The notes below the pieces were generated by a model. That model worked only from the letters and a program-made list of their open reading frames with translations, was not told where the DNA came from and ran no database searches. From a virus (lineage: Duplodnaviria; Caudoviricetes): a stretch of DNA of 61,015 bases. Of this stretch, positions 7,296 to 17,325 are shown piece by piece; position 1 is the stretch's first letter, and the number at the start of each line of letters is the position of its first letter. The stretch covers positions 1 through 61,015 of IMG/VR virus record IMGVR_UViG_3300023184_000131, one strand, 5' to 3'. Position numbers and translations under genes: made by a program.

Positions 7296-8105
7296 TTGTT
7301 TGAAACAGAAAAGAAAAAACCAGATTATGTTAGCTATTCTTCAATCAAAGATTGGAAATTTTGTCCACAGTATTATAAAATTACTCGTATTGATGGTATC
7401 CCTTCAGGTGGGGATTCAATCCATACGGCTTTCGGAAAAGCTGTTCATTCAACAAGCGAAAAAATCTTCAAACAGGAAAAGGAAGGAACCTTTGACTATG
7501 CAAAAGACTTTTCTCTTAACTTCCAGAAAGAAATCTCTGCTTTATCAAAGCAAACACGTGAAGTCTTATCTGAAAAAGATTTAAAAGATTTTGATGTTCA
7601 AGGTCGTGAACTGGTTGAACTCGTTTATCCAGCCGCACAGCAATATTTTGGCGAATTTGAATACGTCTCTGCAGAAGAAGATCTCATGGAAGAGATTGAA
7701 GAATACAAAATTGATGATTATAAATACAAAGGGTATATTGACCTTGTCTTGAAGACAAAAGATGGTAAGTACAATATTATTGACTGGAAAACTTGCAGTT
7801 GGGGATGGGAAGCACAAAAGAAAAATGATGCAATGGTAAATTATCAATTAACTTACTACAAGCATTTCTTTGCAAGAAAGCATGGCATCCCAGCCGACAA
7901 GATTGAAACGCATTTTGGTCTGTTAAAGAGAACTGCAAAGAAAGATAAAGTTGAGTTATTTCGTGTCACCAGTGGCGAAAAAAAGGTAAACAATGCGCTT
8001 AAACTTTTACAAGAATGTGTGCATAATGTTGACCACGAAAGGTTTATAAAAAATAAACTATCATGCTCTAAGTGTTCTTTTCATAGAACACCACACTGTC
8101 CTTGA
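7296..8105 (+). CDS. PD-(D/E)xK exonuclease, Cas4/RecB-like
   Basis: SYSSI...CP, GYIDL, IIDWKT, QLTYY and C-terminal CxxC-x7-C. Confidence 0.85.
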   Translation: MFETEKKKPDYVSYSSIKDWKFCPQYYKITRIDGIPSGGDSIHTAFGKAVHSTSEKIFKQEKEGTFDYAKDFSLNFQKEISALSKQTREVLSEKDLKDFDVQGRELVELVYPAAQQYFGEFEYVSAEEDLMEEIEEYKIDDYKYKGYIDLVLKTKDGKYNIIDWKTCSWGWEAQKKNDAMVNYQLTYYKHFFARKHGIPADKIETHFGLLKRTAKKDKVELFRVTSGEKKVNNALKLLQECVHNVDHERFIKNKLSCSKCSFHRTPHCP

Positions 8106-8114
8106 GGAATCTTA

Positions 8115-9380
8115 ATGAATAAAAAAATCAAAATACTAACCATAAGCGATCATCCATTATCGCCATCTGGTGTTGGCACGCAGACAAAATATATGATTGA
8201 AGCCATGTTAAAAACTGGAAAATATCAATTTATTTGTCTGGGCGGCGCTGTAAAACATAACGATTATCGCGTTCAAAAGACCCAAGAATGGGGTGATGAC
8301 TTCGTTATCATTCCAGTGGATGGTTATGGAACGCAAGATCTAATTCGTCAATTATTGAAGCAGCAAAAACCAGATATTCTTTGGTTTATGACTGACCCAC
8401 GTTTTTATAGTTGGCTTTGGGAGATAGAAGACGAAGTACGTTGTAATGTACCAATGGTGTATTACCATGTTTGGGATAACAAGCCTTATCCAAAATTTAA
8501 TAAACCATATTACATGTCTAATGATGTTATTGCTACTATTTCCAAGGTAACTGATGATATTATACGTAATGTTTCTCCTGAAGTAGAATGTCATTATATT
8601 CCACACGCTGTTGATATGGAAGTATTCAAGAAATACCCAGCAGAACAAGTTGAAGCGTTCCGTAGAAAAGTATTTCCAAGAGAACAAAACAGTAAGTTCA
8701 CAGTATTTTGGAACAGCAGAAATGCACGTCGCAAAAATCCTGGTAGCGTTATTTGGTGGTTTAATGACTTCCTAAATATTGTAGGAAAAGATAAAGCAAA
8801 GTTATTGATGCATACAGATCCAAAAGATGTTCATGGTCCGGATCTTGAAGCTATACTTAATGAGCTTGGATTAATTAACGGCGAAGTAATGTTTTCTCCG
8901 AGTAGAATTAATCCACAAGAGCTTGCTGCCATGTATAACATGTCTGACGTAACTGTTAGTTTGAGTGACGCTGAAGGGTTTGGTCTTTCTACGCTAGAAA
9001 GTCTTGCTTGCGAAACTCCTATAATTGTTCCAAAAACAGGTGGATTGCAGGAACAGGTAAAAGACGATGATGGTAATTTCTTTGGAGTTGAATTGCCTGT
9101 ACCTTCTCAGATGATTGTTGGTTCTCAAGAAGTTCCATATATCTACGAAGACAGAGTGGCAAAAGAAGATTTTGTCAATGCTCTGTTGAAGCTATTCAAC
9201 ATGCCTGCAGAAGAAAGAGCTGCATTAGGTACTGCAGGTAGAAATCACTTGCAAGTTAACTATAATATGTCAATTCTAATGAATAAATGGGATGAACTCT
9301 TTACGAAAATTCACAACGAAAGAGGCTCTTGGGAAAATAGAAAAATGTATGATCGCTGGGTACTAAAGGAGATTGCATGA
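8115..9380 (+). CDS. Glycosyltransferase, GT4 (GT-B)
   Basis: RNARRK and EGFGLSTLESLAC (E-x7-E) motifs. Confidence 0.9.
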   Translation: MNKKIKILTISDHPLSPSGVGTQTKYMIEAMLKTGKYQFICLGGAVKHNDYRVQKTQEWGDDFVIIPVDGYGTQDLIRQLLKQQKPDILWFMTDPRFYSWLWEIEDEVRCNVPMVYYHVWDNKPYPKFNKPYYMSNDVIATISKVTDDIIRNVSPEVECHYIPHAVDMEVFKKYPAEQVEAFRRKVFPREQNSKFTVFWNSRNARRKNPGSVIWWFNDFLNIVGKDKAKLLMHTDPKDVHGPDLEAILNELGLINGEVMFSPSRINPQELAAMYNMSDVTVSLSDAEGFGLSTLESLACETPIIVPKTGGLQEQVKDDDGNFFGVELPVPSQMIVGSQEVPYIYEDRVAKEDFVNALLKLFNMPAEERAALGTAGRNHLQVNYNMSILMNKWDELFTKIHNERGSWENRKMYDRWVLKEIA

Positions 9381-10615
9381 AAAAGAAAGTATTAGTCAAA
9401 GGACCGGCATTATCACTTTCAGGGTATGGCGAGCAGGCAAGATTTGCTCTACGCTCTTTAAGAGGTCAAGAAGATAAATTTGACATATTTCTGGTCAATA
9501 CTCCTTGGGGAAAAACTGGCTGGGTAACTGAAGAATCAGAAGAAACACAATGGATGAGTCATCTGATGGCAAAAACCCAAGAACACATCCAACAAAAAGG
9601 TGTGTTTGATATTAGTATACAGGTGACAATTCCAAACGAATTTGAAAAAATTGCACCCGTAAACATTGGTTATACGGCAGGTATAGAAACAACAAAAGTA
9701 TCTCCACAATGGATTGATAAAGCAAAATTGATGGATAAAATTATTGTTGTTTCAAATCATTCAAAGCAAGTGTTTGATTTAACTGAATATAAATTACAAA
9801 ATCCACAAAATGGACAAGTAATAGACTTCAGAAACACAACTCAAATTGAAGTTGTTCACTTTCCTGTTAAAAAAATAGAGCCAAGAGAACTCAATCTGGA
9901 ATTGCAAACTGATTTTAATTTCCTATCAGTTGTTCAGTGGGGACCAAGAAAGAATGCTGAAGCAACAATCGTTTCTTTCTATGAAGAATTCAAAAACGAT
10001 GAAAATGTTGGTCTTGTTATGAAAGTTAACCAGGCAAAGAATTGCATCACGGACAGAATGCTTTGTGAACGACGCCTAGAAGCAATTAAAAAGAATTACA
10101 GCGATGCAAAGTGCAAAGTCTATCTTCTCCATGGTAATATGACTGAAGAGGAAATGGCTGGATTATACCGTCATCCAAAAATAAAAGCTATTATCTCTAC
10201 TACGCATGGTGAAGGTTTTGGTCTTCCACTATTTGAAGCTGCATGTGCTGGTCTTCCTGTTCTCGCTCCCAAGTGGAGTGGTCACGTTGATTTTCTCATG
10301 GCTCCAATAAAAGAAGATGGCAAAGTAAAAATGAGAAATCATTTCACCGCAATTGATTTTGAACTTGGTGCTGTAAATAAAGAAGCAGTATGGGAAGGCG
10401 TAATTCAAGCCGACTCTCAGTGGTGTCATGTCAAGAATGCAAGTGTTAAAGATGCAATGAGAAGTGTATTTAAAAATCTTCCAACACCAATTGCAAGGGC
10501 TAAAAAACTCCAAGAATATGTATTAGAAGAATTTTCAGAACAAAAGCAAAAAAACAAATTTATTGAAGTATTGAATGGAAAACAAAATGAATCAGAAAAC
10601 ATCATCCTACTTTAA
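9377..10615 (+). CDS. Glycosyltransferase, GT4 (GT-B)
   Basis: SGYG N-terminus, RKN, GEGFGLPLFEAACAGLPV. Confidence 0.9.
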   Translation: MKKKVLVKGPALSLSGYGEQARFALRSLRGQEDKFDIFLVNTPWGKTGWVTEESEETQWMSHLMAKTQEHIQQKGVFDISIQVTIPNEFEKIAPVNIGYTAGIETTKVSPQWIDKAKLMDKIIVVSNHSKQVFDLTEYKLQNPQNGQVIDFRNTTQIEVVHFPVKKIEPRELNLELQTDFNFLSVVQWGPRKNAEATIVSFYEEFKNDENVGLVMKVNQAKNCITDRMLCERRLEAIKKNYSDAKCKVYLLHGNMTEEEMAGLYRHPKIKAIISTTHGEGFGLPLFEAACAGLPVLAPKWSGHVDFLMAPIKEDGKVKMRNHFTAIDFELGAVNKEAVWEGVIQADSQWCHVKNASVKDAMRSVFKNLPTPIARAKKLQEYVLEEFSEQKQKNKFIEVLNGKQNESENIILL

Positions 10616-11633
10616 TTGTAATTTGTTCGAACAAAATATATCTGATTATTCTAATTTTTCTTTTGAACAAGATGAGGTAAAATTAGTAGATAGAATAGAT
10701 ACAAGTAAATTTAAGATTGAAAAAATAAAATATACTTGTTCATTTTATTTTAATTCTAATTTAGATATTTCTAAACCTCTCATTCTTATTCCAACGAAAG
10801 ATAACCTAGAATTAATTGAATTTACTTTAAATAATTTAAAAGCTTTTAAAATAGATGAAATTGCAAATATTTTAGTTATAGATGATAGATCACAAGTTAA
10901 TCATTCTGAAATTTGTAAAAAACATTCTGTAAATTGTTTAAGAGTAGATAATGAAAAAGGTTTTAATTTTTCTATGCTGATTAATATTGGTATTAAATTA
11001 GCTATAGATAAAAATATAGAACATGTTGTTCTTTGGAACAATGATCTCTGGGCAAATTCAGAATCAACGTTACCGATTCTATTAGAAAAACACAGAAAAA
11101 GTAGATCAACAATAACTGGAACCAAATTAATCTATCCACCATTTAAATGGGATGGAAAAGACGAAAGAAAAGACGTTCAAGAGATGTTTGGTTTAACTAA
11201 AACTCACAGAGGAACAATTCAGTTTGGTGGTTCTAATATGATTTTTAATAATCAATTAAACAACTATATGATAGGTCACAGATGTAGATTTTTTGAACCA
11301 TCCGATCCTAGATGCGATATGGATAAGAACGAGATATTCCTAACAGGAGCATTTCAAATAATCAATACATCTTGGTTAAAAGAAACTGGAGGCTTAAATC
11401 CAAGTCTCGCCAAGGCATATCAAGATGTTGATATTTGTTTTAAAGCAGTGAAAGATAAAAAGAAATTGATGTATTTTGGAGAAAATTTAAGCTTTTATCA
11501 CGATGAATCCTTATCACAAACAGATACCAAAGCAAAATTTGATCTTCAGTTTTTATCAGATCAAGTTTTAATGTATAAAATTTGGAATAGAACAGAATTT
11601 GAATTGCACCTTTTAGGAATGTCGCATGAATAA
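10587..11633 (+). CDS. Glycosyltransferase, GT2 (GT-A)
   Basis: ILIPTKD, VIDDRS, FNFSMLIN, LWNND, TGAFQ, QDVDIC. Confidence 0.85.
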   Translation: MNQKTSSYFNCNLFEQNISDYSNFSFEQDEVKLVDRIDTSKFKIEKIKYTCSFYFNSNLDISKPLILIPTKDNLELIEFTLNNLKAFKIDEIANILVIDDRSQVNHSEICKKHSVNCLRVDNEKGFNFSMLINIGIKLAIDKNIEHVVLWNNDLWANSESTLPILLEKHRKSRSTITGTKLIYPPFKWDGKDERKDVQEMFGLTKTHRGTIQFGGSNMIFNNQLNNYMIGHRCRFFEPSDPRCDMDKNEIFLTGAFQIINTSWLKETGGLNPSLAKAYQDVDICFKAVKDKKKLMYFGENLSFYHDESLSQTDTKAKFDLQFLSDQVLMYKIWNRTEFELHLLGMSHE

Positions 11634-12318
11634 ACTGTGTTTATTCATTCATTATGACGAGAATCACTGCTACACAGAAGATGATATAAAATATATTAAT
11701 AATCTTTCTAAAAATTTTAAAACTGTAACAATTTTAACAAGTAATTCTAATAAGATAGAAAACTATTCTTTTGATTGTGAAATTGAATATATTTTAAATA
11801 TACCAAATTTTGGATATGATTTTGGAAAGATTCAATATTTCTTGAGAGAAAAAGATATTACAAACATTGAATGTTGTTATATTTTTAATAATTCTTGTTT
11901 ACTTGTAAGAGATCTTGAACCTTCTATCTCTTATATGGATTCCAAAAATTTAGATTTTTGGTCATACACAACTTCACTAGCAAGAGCTTTTCATACTCAA
12001 TCTTATTTTATGTATTTTTCAAATCCTGCATTAAAAGAATTTATTTCTTTATTACGAGAAAAAGATCCACATGGAAATAAATATGGTTTTGAAGAAGTTG
12101 TAAATAATTTAGAAATACAAATATTGAGACACATGAATTTAAAAAAATTTAAATGTGGAAGTTATTTGCATACACACAAAATTTTTGGTGATAAAGACTC
12201 TACAGTATTTCATGCTGACAAATTATTGGTTTTAAATCAATATTTTCCTTTTATAAAAAAGAAAGTCTTTACAAATTTTAAAACTTTTGATAGAAAGTAT
12301 CTTGAAAGTTTAATATAG
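11626..12318 (+). CDS. RgpF-like (rhamnan synthesis) protein
   Basis: CLFIHYD, NFGYDFG, NNS and HTQSYF resemble RgpF-family motifs. Confidence 0.65.
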   Translation: MNKLCLFIHYDENHCYTEDDIKYINNLSKNFKTVTILTSNSNKIENYSFDCEIEYILNIPNFGYDFGKIQYFLREKDITNIECCYIFNNSCLLVRDLEPSISYMDSKNLDFWSYTTSLARAFHTQSYFMYFSNPALKEFISLLREKDPHGNKYGFEEVVNNLEIQILRHMNLKKFKCGSYLHTHKIFGDKDSTVFHADKLLVLNQYFPFIKKKVFTNFKTFDRKYLESLI

Positions 12319-12327
12319 AAATATTTT

Positions 12328-12927
12328 ATGAATTCACATATTATTACTTTTATTATACCAAGTATAGGTAGAAAAACTTTATTAAATTCTCTTAATTCTT
12401 TACTCTTACAGACCAATAAAAATTGGGAATGTATTGTTGGTTTTGATGGATTGAATAAAGATCAATTAAATCTTGACCTACCAGAAGATTATAGAATTAA
12501 ATATATATATCTACCTAAAAAAACAGGAATCCTTAAAGAAAATGGTGGTCATAGTAAAGCAGGTAGCGTAAGAAATCAATTATTTAATATGGTTAATACA
12601 GAATGGATTGCATTCTTAGACGATGATGATTCTTTAACTGAAAATTATGTTGATGTTTTTTTAAAAGAAATAGAAAATAATCTTTTAGATTGTTGTATTT
12701 TTAAAATGATATATAAAGATGGTCTTGTTATACCTAGACAACAAACAAATACTCTAGAAGTAGGAAATGTTGGTATATCGTTTTGTTGTAAAAATAGTTT
12801 TATAAAAAACAATAATATATTATTCGAATCATCTGAAGTAGAAGATTTTAATTTTATAAAAAAAATTATTTTCTTTGGTGGGACAATTTATTTTTCAAAT
12901 CATATAACATATAAAGTAAACCATTGA
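12328..12927 (+). CDS. Glycosyltransferase, GT2
   Basis: IIPSIGR, SLLLQT, RN, WIAFLDDDD, ED. Confidence 0.85.
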   Translation: MNSHIITFIIPSIGRKTLLNSLNSLLLQTNKNWECIVGFDGLNKDQLNLDLPEDYRIKYIYLPKKTGILKENGGHSKAGSVRNQLFNMVNTEWIAFLDDDDSLTENYVDVFLKEIENNLLDCCIFKMIYKDGLVIPRQQTNTLEVGNVGISFCCKNSFIKNNNILFESSEVEDFNFIKKIIFFGGTIYFSNHITYKVNH

Positions 12928-12961
12928 TATTATATAGATATACAATTTTAAAGGAAATAAA

Positions 12962-13600
12962 ATGAAAAGTTATATAGAACCATTATGTGATATAGCAAAA
13001 TCATATAAAATAAAAAATATATATGATATAGGAAGTAGAGATGGAGATGATGCAAATTATATTAGTACAACGTTGGGAGTACAAGAAGTACATATTTTTG
13101 AACCAAATCCCATTTTGTCTAAAAAAATAAAAGAAAAATATAATAAATTTTTTATTAATGAAATTGCTTTATCAAATTATGATGGATATTCTCAATTTTA
13201 TCAAGTTTCAGATACATGTTCACTGGATCACCAAGGTGTTAGTTCTTTAAAGAATAGAACAGATGATTTTTATATAAATAAAACAAATAAAATTGATGTA
13301 AAAGTTTGTAAAATGTCAACATTTTTAAAAAACAATAATTTAAATTTTATAGATTTAGTAAAAATAGATGTTGAAGGATTAACATACGAAGTCCTACAAG
13401 GATTTGAAGAGTATTTAGATAAAATAAAAATACTTCACTTAGAAGCGGAACATTATAAATATTGGGAAAACCAATATTTATATGAAGATATAGAAAATTT
13501 ATTAAAAAATAAATTTGAAAATAAATTTATGCATTATTATTATAATAATACTCAATCTGATAGTGTTTGGATAAATAAATCAATAAATATTGGAGAATAA
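12962..13600 (+). CDS. FkbM-family methyltransferase
   Basis: DIGS, FEPNP, KIDVEG. Confidence 0.88.
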   Translation: MKSYIEPLCDIAKSYKIKNIYDIGSRDGDDANYISTTLGVQEVHIFEPNPILSKKIKEKYNKFFINEIALSNYDGYSQFYQVSDTCSLDHQGVSSLKNRTDDFYINKTNKIDVKVCKMSTFLKNNNLNFIDLVKIDVEGLTYEVLQGFEEYLDKIKILHLEAEHYKYWENQYLYEDIENLLKNKFENKFMHYYYNNTQSDSVWINKSINIGE

Positions 13601-13601
13601 T

Positions 13602-13940
13602 ATGACTGAAACAAGACCATGGGGAACTTTTCAAGTTCTTCACGAAGAAGAAAAATGTAAAGTAAAGAAACTGATTGTAAAACCAGGACAAAAATTTAGC
13701 CTACAAACTCACGAAAATAGAAGTGAGCTTTGGACTGTTCTTCAAGGAATAGGAGAAGTAACATTAGACGATGATATTTCTCCAACACAATCTGGAATGA
13801 TTTATTTCATTCCAGCCGGCGTGAAACACAGATTAGAAAATATGGGCACAGAAGATCTTGTTGTGATAGAAGTTCAAACAGGCTCTTCGTTTGCAGAAGA
13901 AGATATAGTAAGATACGAAGATTCTTACGGAAGGGTATGA
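13602..13940 (+). CDS. Cupin, mannose-6-phosphate isomerase type II C-terminal-like
   Basis: RPWG, VKPGQKFSLQTH, HRLEN, IEVQTG, EDIVRYEDSYGR. Confidence 0.88.
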   Translation: MTETRPWGTFQVLHEEEKCKVKKLIVKPGQKFSLQTHENRSELWTVLQGIGEVTLDDDISPTQSGMIYFIPAGVKHRLENMGTEDLVVIEVQTGSSFAEEDIVRYEDSYGRV

Positions 13941-14161
13941 AAATGAACAATTTAAAATTATCAAATCAAGCACTCGGTGCAGTAATGTTGGCGCTTCAAA
14001 ACAGTCTATTAACACAAACAGATATTGTTCCAATGTTAAAAAGTTTTGAATTATTTGCAGGACCAGATGGAGAATTAGTTGTCTCAAATCCCCCTTCAAT
14101 AAGGGTATCTCCACCAGAAGAAGATGAAGAAGAAGCTTCACCAGTATTTGTAGGCGGTTGA
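13937..14161 (+). CDS. Hypothetical protein
   Basis: Start overlaps the upstream stop (ATGA). Confidence 0.65.
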   Translation: MKMNNLKLSNQALGAVMLALQNSLLTQTDIVPMLKSFELFAGPDGELVVSNPPSIRVSPPEEDEEEASPVFVGG

Positions 14162-14162
14162 T

Positions 14163-14417
14163 ATGCCTAGATATGTGTATCACTGTGAGAAGTGCGATAA
14201 TACATTTGAATATTATCATGGCATCAGAGAAAAAATGACAGAATGTGAAGATTGTAAACAACAAACCTTGTTAAAACTTCCGTATTTTAGTGGTACAGTC
14301 AAGAAAGAAATAAAACAAAAGCCTGGTTCTATTGTAGACAACTACATTGAAGAAGCGCGTGAAGAAATAAAGCGCGAAAAAGAAGAACTAAGCAAAATAG
14401 AGTATAAACCAGAATGA
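14163..14417 (+). CDS. FmdB-like zinc-ribbon protein
   Basis: MPRYVYHCEKC...FE...CEDC. Confidence 0.8.
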   Translation: MPRYVYHCEKCDNTFEYYHGIREKMTECEDCKQQTLLKLPYFSGTVKKEIKQKPGSIVDNYIEEAREEIKREKEELSKIEYKPE

Positions 14418-14818
14418 CACTTTTAACGTTGGTAATATTATTAGCAATCTCAACCACTCTATTAGGGTGGTTTTGCTATAAATTGGTATTTAGATTAAAT
14501 TTTGTTTCTGATAACTTAATTGAACTATATGGAAGATTAGATGAATTTGATCAACATATAAATTTTATACACGAACTTGAAATGTATTATGGTGATGAGA
14601 CATTAAAAAATCTCATTCGTCATTCAAGAGATTTTCGTAATTATATGAAAAAGTATAAAGAAGTTATGGAATTATTAGAAGGCGAAGAGATTATTGAAGA
14701 GGATATAAATGACGAAGCAAATGACTCCGAAGATTCCGAAGACTCCGAACAAGATGAGGAGAGCAAAGAAAAATTCGCCTCAACAGCCGGAAAAGCTATA
14801 TTTTACCCAGGTTCATGA
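14414..14818 (+). CDS. Membrane-anchored hypothetical protein with acidic tail
   Basis: N-terminal hydrophobic helix; start overlaps the upstream stop. Confidence 0.65.
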   Translation: MTLLTLVILLAISTTLLGWFCYKLVFRLNFVSDNLIELYGRLDEFDQHINFIHELEMYYGDETLKNLIRHSRDFRNYMKKYKEVMELLEGEEIIEEDINDEANDSEDSEDSEQDEESKEKFASTAGKAIFYPGS

Positions 14819-15461
14819 AGACGCCATAGTAACATATGCTCGTACAAAAGACGCGAAGCTAAGACAAGAATTATATAGAAAACTTATTGGACCAACGTTT
14901 AATGAGATGGTAAACAAAATAGTTTTTACCTATAAATTCAACAATCTTCCAAACATTGATGAGCTAAAAGAAGAATGTAAAATTTGGATCACTACAATTT
15001 TAGATAAATTTGATCCATCAAAAGGTTCAAAAGCGTTTTCTTATTTTAGCGTTATTACCAAAAATTGGTTTATTCACAAAGTCAAAAAAGTAAGCCGCCA
15101 GAATAAAAAAGAATTATTTCTTGATGATGCAGAAAATCAAAAAGAATTAGATTACGATAATCTAGTTGTGCACAACGAGACAGATGTCAAAAGAGAAAGT
15201 GAAGAATTCTGGAATCATCTTTGGGGAGAAATAGAAGGTTGGAAAAAACTTGATCTCAAAGTGAACGAGAGAAAAGTTCTTGATGCAGTCGTCATTCTAT
15301 TAAAAGAACCAGATTCAATTGAAATCTTTAATAAAAAAGCAATTTATTTATATGTGCGTGAGATAACAGATTTGAATACCAAACAAGTTGTAAACAATCT
15401 TAATAAGATTAGACAAAAATATAAAGAATTCAAAAAAACTTGGGATGATGGAGAAATTTAA
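14709..15461 (+). CDS. Phage RNA polymerase sigma factor (T4 gp55-like, probably late)
   Basis: YFT...DELKEEC...KFDPSKGSKAFSYFSVITKN resembles sigma region 2 and gp55; GAGGA SD; sits just before the structural module. Confidence 0.7.
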   Translation: MTKQMTPKIPKTPNKMRRAKKNSPQQPEKLYFTQVHEDAIVTYARTKDAKLRQELYRKLIGPTFNEMVNKIVFTYKFNNLPNIDELKEECKIWITTILDKFDPSKGSKAFSYFSVITKNWFIHKVKKVSRQNKKELFLDDAENQKELDYDNLVVHNETDVKRESEEFWNHLWGEIEGWKKLDLKVNERKVLDAVVILLKEPDSIEIFNKKAIYLYVREITDLNTKQVVNNLNKIRQKYKEFKKTWDDGEI

Positions 15462-15480
15462 TTAGATTGTAATTATTAGT

Positions 15481-15768
15481 ATGAAATCTAGAGATAACTT
15501 AATACAACAAGCTATAGAAAATATAAATAAAGATCGCGAAGCTGCAAAAGAATTGTTAGAAGATGTTTCTCAGTATATCGGCCAGCAGCAAGACCGATAT
15601 GCTACAACCGGTATGGTAGCAGCTAAATATCTAGAAACACTTCAACGTTCTAATGAACAACTTGTCAAATTAATTGGTTTGATGAAAAAAACAGATGAAG
15701 ACAAGTATGGCGATCTAAACAAAGAAGATAAAGAAAATCTTTACAATGAAATAGAGGAGACAGAATGA
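15481..15768 (+). CDS. Hypothetical helical protein
   Basis: ORF preceded by TAATTA-N5-ATG. Confidence 0.65.
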   Translation: MKSRDNLIQQAIENINKDREAAKELLEDVSQYIGQQQDRYATTGMVAAKYLETLQRSNEQLVKLIGLMKKTDEDKYGDLNKEDKENLYNEIEETE

Positions 15769-15769
15769 A

Positions 15770-17293
15770 ATGTCCGAAATCATCAGAAATCCAGCAGGAA
15801 GACAACATAATTCTGTTCTACCAGCTTCTCCAGCATACCCAGCAACGCTAAATAGAAACCCTACTCCTGGGCTTCAAAGTTTAAATGAAGTAATAAAATT
15901 ACTATCACAAAATCCAACTTCAAGAATTGTTGAAAATGCCACAGTTCTTGAACTCACTCCTTTTGTTGGAGACCTAAAAACAAAATATACTCTCCCTCAC
16001 TTGAATATGAAAGCTGGAGCTGGAGGGATTTTAGAAGATTTTTTGTTGAAGATAAGAGACCCAATACACGATGAAGGATGCAGAAGAAACCCAGAAGAAT
16101 TATTGTTTGAATTAAAAAAATTAGATAAAAATTCTTCTTCTCATTTCCTACCTAAAAATAACAACAATCCTGACCAGAATAATATTCTCAAACAATATTA
16201 TCAATCTGTTTCTATGCATAATACTTTTGCACCAAAATATTCTTCTGGTATGGCTGCTCAAGCTCCTTCTCCTGGCATGAAAGTAAGAATTTATTATTTT
16301 CAAGAACCATATATTTCTTCTGGACATAAAATAGCTGGATTATATGAAAAAATGTATGATGATGACATATTTCAAGATAGTCTGAAAGAGTTAAAAGATT
16401 TTTTAGAAAAATATAGACAAAGATTCCTTGATACACTTCAAACAATAGCGGAGACAATTAGTGCTAATTTACCTGCGATTGCTCCACCATATCCTACTGG
16501 CGACTCTGTACCGCCTAGCACAGATGAATCTGTGGCAATAAACAAAGGCGTAATCCGGCAGATCATTCTCGCGAAAAGTGAAACGCAGAAATATGATTAT
16601 TTTTCAACTTTTATTCCTGAAAATGGCGGTTCTTTTAGATCAGGTTTAACTGAAAAAAATATTGTCGGATTTCGAGTTTCTACAGAAACAAAAGCGAATT
16701 CTGGCAAGGGCGTGTATGATGATTTGTTCTTTTTGGTTTGGAAAGATTCTAAGGGCAACAAAAGAGTAAATGAATATTTGGGAAATACCGAACCAATATC
16801 TTATTATCTTGATCCAAATGTTACAAAGGGCGGCCCTCTTGAAAACCTTAAACAGTTATCACGCATACGTCCGGGTTTTATGATTTATCAAACAGTGTAT
16901 TCGCCAGGTGGAAAATTTGGCGATAGATATTTAAGAATGAAATTACAAACAAAAGTTGAAACTGATATTGACGGAAATGGACTTTTTGATGATGGCGTAA
17001 TTAAAGACGGCGGATTATCAATGCTATTTCATCCTGGCGGAAAAACTACACCATTTAGCGCAGGCTGTCAAACTATGCCTCCTGCGACATTTAAACGATT
17101 TTTAAACGATGTTTATAGCGACGGCGACCCCGTAGAACTCGGATATACTCTGGTTGATGAATCTAAAATTCCAATCCCTAAGTTAGACTCAGAAACATCC
17201 AGAGTAGAAGAACAGCAACAGAACCCAGAAGAAACTTCTTTTGAACAATCTTTGGAGCAAACTTCTTTTGAACAATCTCAAACACAATCTTGA
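15770..17293 (+). CDS. Baseplate hub gp5-like N-terminus fused to putative peptidoglycan-active (YkuD-like) domain
   Basis: PSPGMKVRIYY OB-fold-like motif; C-terminal NIVGFR...DD...HPGGKTTPFSAGCQ (H-x-SxGC); position before spike and gp25. Confidence 0.5.
   Translation: MSEIIRNPAGRQHNSVLPASPAYPATLNRNPTPGLQSLNEVIKLLSQNPTSRIVENATVLELTPFVGDLKTKYTLPHLNMKAGAGGILEDFLLKIRDPIHDEGCRRNPEELLFELKKLDKNSSSHFLPKNNNNPDQNNILKQYYQSVSMHNTFAPKYSSGMAAQAPSPGMKVRIYYFQEPYISSGHKIAGLYEKMYDDDIFQDSLKELKDFLEKYRQRFLDTLQTIAETISANLPAIAPPYPTGDSVPPSTDESVAINKGVIRQIILAKSETQKYDYFSTFIPENGGSFRSGLTEKNIVGFRVSTETKANSGKGVYDDLFFLVWKDSKGNKRVNEYLGNTEPISYYLDPNVTKGGPLENLKQLSRIRPGFMIYQTVYSPGGKFGDRYLRMKLQTKVETDIDGNGLFDDGVIKDGGLSMLFHPGGKTTPFSAGCQTMPPATFKRFLNDVYSDGDPVELGYTLVDESKIPIPKLDSETSRVEEQQQNPEETSFEQSLEQTSFEQSQTQS
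17231..17278 (+). repeat. 27-bp-period direct repeat in coding tail
   Basis: AAACTTCTTTTGAACAATCT occurs twice (ETSFEQSLEQTSFEQSQ). Confidence 0.7.
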
Positions 17294-17325
17294 TAGAAAT
17301 AGTAATTAAATTAAAAAGGTAATGT

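Noticed and set aside
7296-8105. CRISPR-Cas locus
   Set aside because: No repeat-spacer array or other cas genes seen.
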